64,000 nt of DNA from Candidatus Micrarchaeota archaeon. Lineage in GTDB: Archaea > Micrarchaeota > Micrarchaeia > Anstonellales > J096. The position numbers and the translations under genes are program-made. Under the pieces are notes generated by a model, which saw only the letters and a list, made by a program, of their open reading frames with translations, searched no databases and was not told where the DNA came from. Positions 47,791-56,717 of this stretch are shown here, one piece after another. Numbering within the stretch: position 1 is the stretch's first letter; each line of letters opens with the position of its first letter. The DNA lies in assembly GCA_026982895.1 (NCBI GenBank), contig JALWQW010000030.1, positions 14,115-78,114 on the forward strand, given 5' to 3'.

Positions 47791-49254
47791 TTAGGAGCAA
47801 AGCACTGTCATAGCTAACAGCAATTCCTCGCTTAACTTGACATCTTTGCTAAGAACAAAAGGATTGGCTAAGTGGGCCTTCCCTTTCTTTATTTTAGCCT
47901 TTTTCTCTTCAACCTCTTGCCTCTTCTTTTTGGCCCAAGAGAAAAGGATTTTTCTTGCTGCGTCCTTAAAGTAAGGAAGAGCTCCACCAAACGCCTGTTC
48001 TATTAACTCATCCAAGAACTCCTCCTGTAAGCTCAACTCATTTATCTCACTTATGATTTTACCTACTACTCCCCAATCATATCTTCTCATTGCCTCCCTT
48101 ATCAGCTCTTTCACTCTTTCTTTCTCTTCCTTTTTCATTCCTTCATACACATCCTTCGGATCACCAAAACCCGCTCCTCTCCATGCCTCCTCTGCTGCTT
48201 CTCCCACACCACTAATTTCCGTCTCAAACTTCAGCAGCATCAACTCAGCTTTGAACTCTTCCTGCAACCCCAGCTCACCTATAAGCTTAGCCGCTGTATA
48301 TCGCCTGTCATCCTCCCCACTTCTTACTGCTTCTCTTATAAATTCTTTCACTCCTCTCTTTTCTTCCCCTCTCATTGCCTCATATATAGCCTTTACATCG
48401 CCAAAACCTGCTTCTTTCCATACATCCTCAGCCACTTTTCTTACTCCATTCCGATCGTCAAATTTCAACACCATCAACTCAGCCTTGAACTCCTTCTGTA
48501 AGCTAAGCCCCTCTATGAGCTTAGCTGCTGCATATCGCCTTTCCCAGTAATTACTCCTCACAGCTTCTCTTATCAGCTCCTTCACATACTCTCTTTCCTC
48601 TTTTTTCATTCCTTCATACACATCCTTCGGATCACCAAAACCCGCTCCTCTCCATGCCACCACAGCCGCTCCCCTTACAGCAGGATCGCCATCAAACATC
48701 AGCAGCATCAACTCGGCTTTAAGTTCATTCTGCAAGCCCAGCTCGCCTATGAGCTTAGCTGCTGCAGCTCGCCGTTCCCACTTATCACTCCTAGCAGCTT
48801 CCCTTAATACAACTGCAGCAAAAACCTTCTTCACATCCTCTACATTCTCTATCTTCTTTAACCCAGATAAAGCAGCTAAGCCTAGCACAATTTTAACCCT
48901 TTCTTTGTCGCCTAAGGAGAAAGCCAATTCTTCATCCTCTAAAAGATTTAACCATTTCTCGAAGTCTTTATCCTTAAATTCAGGTGCTTTTATTCCCTTC
49001 CTCAACCTCTCATCGCCGCTGATAACACCAACAAGCTCAAAGGCCTTTTTCTTATCTTGCTTATAAATAGCATAAAGATCTTCACCCAGCTTCTTCCAAT
49101 CGCCATTTGCTTCCTTAACTTTTCTAAGCAGCTTAATTGCCTCCTTCCTCAGCTCCTCTTGCCTCTCTATAAGCGGATTATTCTTGCCACCTTTCTTCTG
49201 TTGGTTTGTTTCTTCTATTTGATTTCTCTTCCCTTTCAGCTCTTCCTCACTCAT
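47791..49254 (-). CDS. HEAT-like repeat protein (~78-aa units)
   Basis: Repeated (L/I)REAxRS...RRxAAAKLIxxLxLQxE(L/F)KAELMxLxF...W..AGFGD; start MSEEE by homology with paralogue. Confidence 0.85.
   Translation of the reverse strand: MSEEELKGKRNQIEETNQQKKGGKNNPLIERQEELRKEAIKLLRKVKEANGDWKKLGEDLYAIYKQDKKKAFELVGVISGDERLRKGIKAPEFKDKDFEKWLNLLEDEELAFSLGDKERVKIVLGLAALSGLKKIENVEDVKKVFAAVVLREAARSDKWERRAAAAKLIGELGLQNELKAELMLLMFDGDPAVRGAAVVAWRGAGFGDPKDVYEGMKKEEREYVKELIREAVRSNYWERRYAAAKLIEGLSLQKEFKAELMVLKFDDRNGVRKVAEDVWKEAGFGDVKAIYEAMRGEEKRGVKEFIREAVRSGEDDRRYTAAKLIGELGLQEEFKAELMLLKFETEISGVGEAAEEAWRGAGFGDPKDVYEGMKKEEKERVKELIREAMRRYDWGVVGKIISEINELSLQEEFLDELIEQAFGGALPYFKDAARKILFSWAKKKRQEVEEKKAKIKKGKAHLANPFVLSKDVKLSEELLLAMTVLCS
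48131..48658. repeat. 57-bp exact intragenic direct repeat (48131-48187 and 48602-48658)
   Basis: TTTTTCATTCCTTCATACACATCCTTCGGATCACCAAAACCCGCTCCTCTCCATGCC twice, 471 bp apart. Confidence 0.9.
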
Positions 49255-49360
49255 TCTTCTCGCCCATAAATTTAGGAAAGGCAAGGCTTAAAAACTACTT
49301 CTTAAGAGAGCTGCAAGGCAAGAGGCAACCTTTAAAGGCCTTTGCCCTAAAAATAAGAGC

Positions 49361-50116
49361 ATGAAAACCAAACTTTTAGCACTATTCGTCTTTGCCCTCC
49401 TCGTGTTCAGCATGGGCTGCATAGGAGGCGGCGACGAGAAGAAGACAGAGCCTGTGAATATAGGCGGCAATGTAACAGTAGAGGAAGAAGCAAAGGAGGT
49501 TTATAGCGTTCAACTATTGTCATTACCCGACGACATAGAGCCAAATCAAACCTTCACAATCAAATGGAAGGTCGAGAGCACAATACCCAAAAGCGTAAAA
49601 ACAGGCTTACTATATGGAACAAGAAGCATTCCATACCCAACCTCTCCAAGCAACTACGCCCACGAAACAGGGAGCACATCCAAAAAAGCGCCAGCCATCA
49701 TAACAGCAGATTTAAGCTTGGATAAACCAGGCACTTATTATGTGAGGGCTTATGCATTCGTAAATAATAGATATTATTGGAGTGATGAAAGGAGAGTAAC
49801 GGTTAAAGAGCCTGAAAAGAACGAAACAGAAGTAGAAAACCCCAACATAGTTGAGATTGGCGTAACAGTATATTCAGACGGCTTCACATTCGGCGTTCAA
49901 AATGTGGAGGTAAGCAAAGAAGTAAAATTAAGTGTGGAAAACAAAGCGCCCTTTGAAATAATGGTAGAAGTACCTTCTGTAGGCAAAGTGCCTGTTGAAC
50001 CCCTAGAGAAAAAGACTATCTCATTTACAATGGGTGCTTCGCCAACTTATTTCAGAGTGTATGACAACAAAGACAATGTACTAGGCGAAGGAAGGCTCTT
50101 GCCTATAGGCGGATGA
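49361..50116 (+). CDS. putative lipoprotein with beta-sandwich domains
   Basis: Signal peptide ending SMGC; beta-strand-rich, GTYYVRAYA. Confidence 0.8.
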   Translation: MKTKLLALFVFALLVFSMGCIGGGDEKKTEPVNIGGNVTVEEEAKEVYSVQLLSLPDDIEPNQTFTIKWKVESTIPKSVKTGLLYGTRSIPYPTSPSNYAHETGSTSKKAPAIITADLSLDKPGTYYVRAYAFVNNRYYWSDERRVTVKEPEKNETEVENPNIVEIGVTVYSDGFTFGVQNVEVSKEVKLSVENKAPFEIMVEVPSVGKVPVEPLEKKTISFTMGASPTYFRVYDNKDNVLGEGRLLPIGG

Positions 50117-50141
50117 TTTAGGCGATAAAATTTTTCATTTT

Positions 50142-51149
50142 TTATTTTAATTTCAGCCACTCCACTTCATAATAAGACCATTTGCTTTCTCCCAGCGAGA
50201 GTTTTTCAGTCTTATAATAAGTTATAGAAGCTTCTCTATCGACTATGGCTAAAAGAAGAATTAATCCTTTATCAAGGGCTGAATTAAGCAGGCCTTCCAA
50301 TAATTCAGCACTTATGGGCTGGGCTTGGTTGAGGACTTTAACAGCATACTTCACATTATTCTTCGCCACTGTGAAATCAAAAGGCAGAGGTTTAGCGCCT
50401 GTTGAAGGCAGAGCAAGCACATATGTCTTCTTGACCGCGTGGCAGACTCTAACAGCCCGGCTCCACTCCTCTACAGACGAAAGGTATGTGGAGGGAAGGA
50501 CATGCAAAATATGTTTGGAGTGCTGAACCTTGCCGGGTTTAGCGCCTGCTGCGTATATTCTAAAATCGCCGCCGAATTTAAATCCTGTCTTTACAACAAA
50601 TCCGTTATCGCACCACTCCTTGAAAACCTCATATTTTTCCTCATCCTCCTTCGAAAGATTGGGAATTTTCCCATTCAACAAACCCCTTTCCTTAAGATAT
50701 GTGGCTTCGAATAAATCGAGAAGATATAGGTTGCCATCCCCCCGTTTATAAGTACCCTTCTGTCCAAACCAATGGCTCGAATATAAATCATCACCCTTTA
50801 CAGCAATAAAAAATTTATCCGCACTAACAACATCTAATCTGCCCCTTAAATCCAAAGGAGATGTCTCATAGGACTTGACTAAAAGCTTCTCACCTTTTCT
50901 CTCTCCAAAGGTAAAGCCCTTTTGGTGCAAATCCCTATAAACAATGTAATTAGAAAAATCTGTTTTCGGGAAGCATTCACTCTCAACACCATATAAATCA
51001 AGGAGAAGAAGGGCTTCATTAGAGTTAAGAAGAAGCTTCCCTTTTGCTGCTTTCCCAATGCCTTTATTCACAAGGTACGAGCGCTCATCTTTCTTGCCCT
51101 TATATAAATACTGCTTTCTTTCACAAACTATGGAGCCCTTCAATTTCAT
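50142..51149 (-). CDS. endA: tRNA-splicing endonuclease, three-unit (epsilon2-like)
   Basis: VYRDLHQKG (unit 1); KTGFKFGGDFRIY...HSK...RVCHAVKK (catalytic unit); LAIVDREASITYY (C-terminal unit). Confidence 0.9.
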   Translation of the reverse strand: MKLKGSIVCERKQYLYKGKKDERSYLVNKGIGKAAKGKLLLNSNEALLLLDLYGVESECFPKTDFSNYIVYRDLHQKGFTFGERKGEKLLVKSYETSPLDLRGRLDVVSADKFFIAVKGDDLYSSHWFGQKGTYKRGDGNLYLLDLFEATYLKERGLLNGKIPNLSKEDEEKYEVFKEWCDNGFVVKTGFKFGGDFRIYAAGAKPGKVQHSKHILHVLPSTYLSSVEEWSRAVRVCHAVKKTYVLALPSTGAKPLPFDFTVAKNNVKYAVKVLNQAQPISAELLEGLLNSALDKGLILLLAIVDREASITYYKTEKLSLGESKWSYYEVEWLKLK

Positions 51150-51763
51150 TCAATATCACGCTCTTCGCCATTTTTGGAAGGCCCTTCTGCCTTTCTAGCA
51201 AATAAAAGGAATGCAGTATGGAAAAGCTGGAGGTTATTTGGGCGTGTTCTATTCTCAGCTATGCGCCACTCTACAATAGGAAGCTGCAAAACAAAAACCT
51301 CGTCGAAGAGAAGCTTGGCCTCATCATAAGTCTTCTTAACCTGTTCTATATTAGGTATGTATGCCACAAAATAACCATTGCTCTTCAAGCCATCATAAGC
51401 CTTTGAGACAATATCCCAAGGGTTTGGTATATCGACTATAACAGCATCTAGATTGTCCTCTTCGAAAGTTACGCCATCGCCGTTTATTAGATGAAGATTA
51501 TCAAAGCCCTTAAGGTTTTTCTTCAAGAGCTTAAATGTGTCTTCGCGAACCTCGTAAGCATAAACCTCTCGACATATATTGGCTAAGTAATAGGTTAGAA
51601 AGCCATTTCCTGCTCCAATCTCGACAACGCGAGAGTGTTTATTGAGAGAAGCATAAGCTATAATAGCGCCTGCGTCCTTCGGCTGAATGACAGCCATCTT
51701 CCTCTTAAATCGACGAAGCGCCGGTGGAAAATGAAAGTCCATCTTTGTTTTGTTTTTAGGCAA
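51146..51763 (-). CDS. trmI: tRNA (adenine-N1)-methyltransferase TrmI-like
   Basis: IQPKDAG, VEIGAGNG, VDIPNPW, PNIEQV, HTAFL. Confidence 0.88.
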   Translation of the reverse strand: MPKNKTKMDFHFPPALRRFKRKMAVIQPKDAGAIIAYASLNKHSRVVEIGAGNGFLTYYLANICREVYAYEVREDTFKLLKKNLKGFDNLHLINGDGVTFEEDNLDAVIVDIPNPWDIVSKAYDGLKSNGYFVAYIPNIEQVKKTYDEAKLLFDEVFVLQLPIVEWRIAENRTRPNNLQLFHTAFLLFARKAEGPSKNGEERDIE

Positions 51764-51767
51764 TGTA

Positions 51768-54443
51768 TCACTTCCTTTCGCCGTATTCCTTCAAGAACCT
51801 CTGATAGGTGTATAGAAGCTCGTCGGTTATAGATGGCTTGCGCCTTGAGAATATGGCATCTATCTCTTTATTAGATAACTTCACAGCTTCTCCATGTATC
51901 TTCTTCTGCAAAAGCTGCATCTTAATCTCTTCACACAAAGCCTTAATATCAGCAGCCGAGAAGCCCTCTGTCCTCTTGGCAAAAGCTTTTAAGTCAAACA
52001 TCTCAGCAAAGGGGCCAAGGTGTATTTCAAATATCTTAGCCCTCACCTCTTCTGTCGGCGGAGGCACATATATGATTTTATCAAACCTTCCAGGCCTTAA
52101 TAGAGCAGGGTCTAAAAGCTGTGGAAGGTTCGTCGCACCTATAACCAAAACATTCTTAAGATTCTTAACGCCGTCCATCTCTTGGAGAAGCTGCCCCATG
52201 AGAGGATTGCTGCTTCCACCTCTAGCAGGAGCTACTGTCTCTATCTCGTCTATAAATATAAGAGCGGGCGCGTTGTCCTTAGCTCTATTGAACGCTTCCT
52301 TGAGTATCTCAGGAGCTCTTCCATAACCCTCTTTAAGCAAATCAGCTCCGCTTAGGAATATAATGGGCACGCCAAACTCGCCAGCAGCAGCCCTTACAAT
52401 ATAAGTCTTACCCGTACCAGGAGGCCCGAATAAAAGCAGACCTTTTGGAGGTTTAAGGTCGAATTCTTTTATGAGCTCGCCGTACTTCATGGGCAGCTCG
52501 ACAGCCTCCTTCAAAGCCTTTTTAACATCCTCCATATCAGCCACATCAGCGAAAGTAAGGGTTTTCTCGTCAGTGGCCTTGCGCTTCACCTTCTTAGAAC
52601 GACGCTCAAATTCCATCTTGAACTTATTGTACATTTCGAGCTGAGAAAATGTCGTCGATGGCTTCGTCATGCTTATTATGTTGGTCAAGTCTTCCATTGT
52701 AATAGGCTCTATTTGGCCCGACTGCAAAGCCCTTTGGGCAGATTCTGTCTTCGCCTCTTGAACAACATTCGCTATATCTGCCGGAGAGAAGCGCTCAGTC
52801 ATCTCAGCCAGCTTCTTATAATTAATTTTAGGAGCGACGATGCCATTCTTAGCGAGCTTGCCAAGGTAATATCTGAACAGCAATTCCCTGCCTTTTTTAT
52901 CTGGCAGCCCCATGTAAATAATTTTATCAATTCTTCCCGGCCTCATGAGAGCTTTATCTAAGAGGTTTGGGACATTAGTGGCTGCTACGAATATGATAGG
53001 CTTCTTGCTTACAACACCGTCAAGTTCTTGAAGCAAAGTATTCAAAACCCTCGGTGTAACATCGTCCATGCCCGAGCCCCTTTTCTTGCCTATTGCATCA
53101 ATCTCATCGAAGAAAAGAATTACAGGAGAATTCTTCCTAGCAAAGTCGAAGATTTTGCTCACCATCTTCTCGCTCTCGCCATAGTAAGGGCTAAGAATGT
53201 CCGATGTCTTAACATAGCAAAACATGTAACCAAGCTCTTTGGCTAGAGCCTTCATAAGGTATGTCTTACCCGTACCAGGAGGCCCGAATAAAAGCAAGCC
53301 CTTCGGCGGTTTTAAATTATATTCGACAGCAATTTCAGGATGGGCTAAAGGGGATTTTATAGCAGATATAAGCTCGGCCTTTACATCTTCATAGTTGGCT
53401 ACATCATCCAACCCCCTAAGATTGCTCATAATAGAGAGGTCCTGACAGGGAATGTCAAGATTCTTCATAGCTTTTTCATGTCTCACAGCCCTCTCTCTGC
53501 TAAAGGTGTAATCCTTTAAGCTTATATAATAGAAAAGTGCGTAGTCTATGGCTGTTAGGATGAGCATCTCCCACGGATAGGGCATATCCATCATAAGGTA
53601 AATGCCAAAGTAAAAGATAGGGATTGTGAATAATGAGAGAGCCACTGCGCGCTCGCCCTTTGCACCTCTGAAAGTAACTGTTAAATAGGGTGCAATGTAT
53701 AGAAGAGCGCTCCAAAAGATGATTTGGATTAAGCCCGAATCGTTGAGGAGAATTATGAGGAGATTATTCCACATTATGCCCAACATCTCAGAGAGCTGCA
53801 TCAAACCCTGGGCATTAAAGAGGTTACCCAACGAATTAGGCAAAGCCATCGTAAAGAAATCGACGATGCCAGGAACAGAGCTTCTTATCAATGATGGGTC
53901 TGTTTGATAATAAGAGAGGTGTAAAGGCAAATAGGCGCTGTTAGGAACTTGCCATACGCTGCTTAAAAGCAAAACAAGTAAAACAGACGGCACTGAGAGA
54001 GATGTTGCCCTTAAAGAACCTAAAGACAGAGACGCTATAAACATAGCCAAATAAACAAGCCCTCCTAAGTAAGAAAAAGGCCATATGGCAAAGGGCATGA
54101 ATATGATTATGTGGAGAAAAGCAATCTCCCTCCAACTCGTCCAGACCTTGAAGAAAATAACGGACATGGCCAGCATATATATATAACCAAAGGATGTGCT
54201 TTGATAGAGGGCTGGCAACATATTGAGAACAGCGAGGGTTAAAACGCCATATTCAGGCTTATGGCCATAAGTAACAACGGCGGGAATGAGTGCAACAAAG
54301 GGAATCGTTATAAGTGGAAAAAACGGCATGGCTGCGAAACTGGCCAACGCCGCCAGATAGACGAGCAAAGCATTGACAAAACGGTCATCTTTAAGCAAAA
54401 CCCTTGTATAAGCAGCTACGCGAACAGAGCTTAGTGTGGCCAT
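51768..54443 (-). CDS. membrane-anchored tandem AAA+ ATPase (CDC48-like modules)
   Basis: ~310-aa polytopic N-terminus; two GPPGTGKT / DEI(D/E) / RPGR(I/F)D modules. Confidence 0.92.
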   Translation of the reverse strand: MATLSSVRVAAYTRVLLKDDRFVNALLVYLAALASFAAMPFFPLITIPFVALIPAVVTYGHKPEYGVLTLAVLNMLPALYQSTSFGYIYMLAMSVIFFKVWTSWREIAFLHIIIFMPFAIWPFSYLGGLVYLAMFIASLSLGSLRATSLSVPSVLLVLLLSSVWQVPNSAYLPLHLSYYQTDPSLIRSSVPGIVDFFTMALPNSLGNLFNAQGLMQLSEMLGIMWNNLLIILLNDSGLIQIIFWSALLYIAPYLTVTFRGAKGERAVALSLFTIPIFYFGIYLMMDMPYPWEMLILTAIDYALFYYISLKDYTFSRERAVRHEKAMKNLDIPCQDLSIMSNLRGLDDVANYEDVKAELISAIKSPLAHPEIAVEYNLKPPKGLLLFGPPGTGKTYLMKALAKELGYMFCYVKTSDILSPYYGESEKMVSKIFDFARKNSPVILFFDEIDAIGKKRGSGMDDVTPRVLNTLLQELDGVVSKKPIIFVAATNVPNLLDKALMRPGRIDKIIYMGLPDKKGRELLFRYYLGKLAKNGIVAPKINYKKLAEMTERFSPADIANVVQEAKTESAQRALQSGQIEPITMEDLTNIISMTKPSTTFSQLEMYNKFKMEFERRSKKVKRKATDEKTLTFADVADMEDVKKALKEAVELPMKYGELIKEFDLKPPKGLLLFGPPGTGKTYIVRAAAGEFGVPIIFLSGADLLKEGYGRAPEILKEAFNRAKDNAPALIFIDEIETVAPARGGSSNPLMGQLLQEMDGVKNLKNVLVIGATNLPQLLDPALLRPGRFDKIIYVPPPTEEVRAKIFEIHLGPFAEMFDLKAFAKRTEGFSAADIKALCEEIKMQLLQKKIHGEAVKLSNKEIDAIFSRRKPSITDELLYTYQRFLKEYGERK

Positions 54444-54544
54444 CCTTGTCCTAATAGAAGGAAAGCTTTAAAAGCCTCTTCTAATGCCACTCTCTGCAAT
54501 GTAAAAATAAGGGAATAAAAAAGTAAAATATTGGAAGGCAAAAA

Positions 54545-55168
54545 TTATGCCTTCTTTTCTTCCTTTGCCTTGGATTCTTCCTTCTGCTCCTCTAGGACAA
54601 ATTCATATTCAGGGAAGAGGAAGAATATTGTGGGGGCGATTTTGGAATAAACCTCTTTGTCCTTTGTCGTGAGTTTTTTCGCCTTCATATCAACATTTAC
54701 TTTGCCATCAGCATCATATTGTTTAAGGGTGGCGTTTATCTTACCCTCTTCATCCTTCGCAACATCCAAAACTTCTATGTCGAAAACAAGGGTTTTGCCT
54801 GCATAAGGACTGTTGAAATCTATTGTTATGCGGCCATTCTCAACTTTCTTCACCATACCCCTATAAACTTCGCCATGCGGTCCTCTGCTTTCCAAAACAT
54901 CGCCAACCTTTGGAGGGTTCTTGAATTGTGAGGCGGGGTAAGTCTTTATCAAATCAGGAATCACAGGGCCATATGCCTCATTAGGTTCCAATGTGAGCGT
55001 CTTCTTCTCACCAGCCTTCATTTTGGCCAATGTCTCATCAACCCTTGGCAGGATTTTATTCAAGCCATAAACAAATACATCGCCTTTTGCCCTGCCCTCT
55101 TCAAGCACATTTCCATCCTTGTCCTTTATTTTCATCTTCAGCACGATGAAATCACCAAAAACTGCCAT
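54545..55168 (-). CDS. slyD: FKBP-type peptidyl-prolyl isomerase (SlyD-like)
   Basis: MKAGEKK...EAYG, IDFNSPYAGKTLVFDIEV. Confidence 0.88.
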   Translation of the reverse strand: MAVFGDFIVLKMKIKDKDGNVLEEGRAKGDVFVYGLNKILPRVDETLAKMKAGEKKTLTLEPNEAYGPVIPDLIKTYPASQFKNPPKVGDVLESRGPHGEVYRGMVKKVENGRITIDFNSPYAGKTLVFDIEVLDVAKDEEGKINATLKQYDADGKVNVDMKAKKLTTKDKEVYSKIAPTIFFLFPEYEFVLEEQKEESKAKEEKKA

Positions 55169-55240
55169 AACATCACCTCTCCCTTTAATATAGGCATGTC
55201 TTTTTATAGGTTTGCTTAGATAAATTAAATGTGAGGAAAG

Positions 55241-56098
55241 ATGGGGTTCAATAAAAAATATCTTCTCTTATTCGCAGGTTTATCTTTAGCACTGTATTCA
55301 CTACAGCCCATAAGACAATCCTTAAAAAATTCACGACAGAAGATATTTAAGGATGTAGTCGAAGAAAGAACTTATTACCATAAATCCAGAGCATTTAAAA
55401 AGAGTTCTCAAAAGGAAAACTTTACTGCAAGAAAAGAGATTGATGCAAAAAAGGAAGTGAGTTTATCTGAAGAAATAAACAATTTCATTCAAAAGGCTAG
55501 AAAAATGAGGAATTATGATGTCCTTATGGAAAACTCTTTACCCACACTCTTCTTTATGTTCCATCCTCATGGGGGTAATAGAGGTTATTCAAATATTAAC
55601 GAGGAGAAAAGATTTGTAGAGCATATAAAAAAGCTGATCGAAACGAGTGGATGGCCTTCTGAGAGCTTCAAAAGCAATCTCTATATAAAAGTAAGGAAAG
55701 AAGACAAACTCCCCTGTTTAGCTGATTGTGTAGATATAACAATTATGGGTAGCCTAGGCGCGTATCTAGTAGAGAATTTTATAGGTGGGAGAGAATCGGC
55801 TGTTCTTAAAAATAAAGAGTTTATTATAAATCCTGTTAGAGCATTGTTTAGGCAGCCTCTTATGAGCATCATAGATTATGCATCATTGAAGGGTATAGAA
55901 CCCTCAGAATATGAATACAAATTCCTTCAAGAAGCGTTTTTCCGCCTTAAAACCGTATTTAAATCAGCGGGCATAGCTGTAAACTTGGAAAAGCTAAAAA
56001 AGAATGAGTTACCCCAACTCATAGAAAGATATAAAGTACATGTTAATGTTGAGGATGTTGAAAAGCTTAAAGCTTTTGTCGAGAAGATTCACCCTTAA
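55241..56098 (+). CDS. hypothetical secreted or membrane-anchored protein
   Basis: N-terminal KKYLLLFAGLSLALYSL. Confidence 0.7.
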   Translation: MGFNKKYLLLFAGLSLALYSLQPIRQSLKNSRQKIFKDVVEERTYYHKSRAFKKSSQKENFTARKEIDAKKEVSLSEEINNFIQKARKMRNYDVLMENSLPTLFFMFHPHGGNRGYSNINEEKRFVEHIKKLIETSGWPSESFKSNLYIKVRKEDKLPCLADCVDITIMGSLGAYLVENFIGGRESAVLKNKEFIINPVRALFRQPLMSIIDYASLKGIEPSEYEYKFLQEAFFRLKTVFKSAGIAVNLEKLKKNELPQLIERYKVHVNVEDVEKLKAFVEKIHP

Positions 56099-56102
56099 AA
56101 CC

Positions 56103-56201
56103 CTATAGATTGCCCTCTAAAAAATGGCCTGCTGTAAGAGAATGTTTATAGAGATTTTCAGGAGAGGGTAATTGTCTCTCAACATCATTGCCATTTGCCA
56201 T
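56103..56201 (-). CDS. putative small protein (32 aa)
   Basis: MANGNDVERQLPSPENLYKHSLTAGHFLEGNL; TTTAAA 56223-56228 sits midway between this ATG and the NUDIX ATG. Confidence 0.35.
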   Translation of the reverse strand: MANGNDVERQLPSPENLYKHSLTAGHFLEGNL

Positions 56202-56250
56202 AGTGGAATATAGTAGGCACTCTTTAAAACCTTTCTTTCCCACCCTCGAC

Positions 56251-56688
56251 ATGTCCTGTAAAAAGGAGAAATCTGCTGGCTGGATAATAATCAACGACGG
56301 CAAAATCCTTCTCATAAAAAACAGCCTCGGCCACTGGGACTTTCCAAAGGGCAGGGTTGAGAAGGGGGAAACATTGGAGAAAGCTGCATATAGAGAATTA
56401 GAAGAGGAAACGGGTTTAGAAAAAAGTGACATAATGAAAATCGAAGGATTCGAGAAGATTATTAATTACACATTTTCCTATCCAGGCGAAGCACAGAAAA
56501 GATGCAAAGATGTGCATTTCTTTCTTGCTTTCCTAATCGCCCCCACAGAAGATATAAGGATAAGCCGCGAACACACCGCCTATAAATGGGCAACGCCAAA
56601 AACGGCTCTAAAACTCCTCAAATACAAAAATCAGCGAACAGTTTTGGAGGCAGCACTTAAATTCGCCAACACACCTATGGCGTTATAG
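56251..56688 (+). CDS. NUDIX hydrolase (Ap4A hydrolase-like)
   Basis: EKSAG, HWDFPKGRVEKGETLEKAAYRELEEETGL, SREH. Confidence 0.92.
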   Translation: MSCKKEKSAGWIIINDGKILLIKNSLGHWDFPKGRVEKGETLEKAAYRELEEETGLEKSDIMKIEGFEKIINYTFSYPGEAQKRCKDVHFFLAFLIAPTEDIRISREHTAYKWATPKTALKLLKYKNQRTVLEAALKFANTPMAL

Positions 56689-56717
56689 TTATAAATACCT
56701 CCTCTTAAAGAACAGCG

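Noticed and set aside
47442..47880. Similar 3' ends of the tandem genes as a DGR template/variable repeat pair
   Set aside because: Differences are not adenine-specific, many are synonymous, and there is no reverse transcriptase in the window
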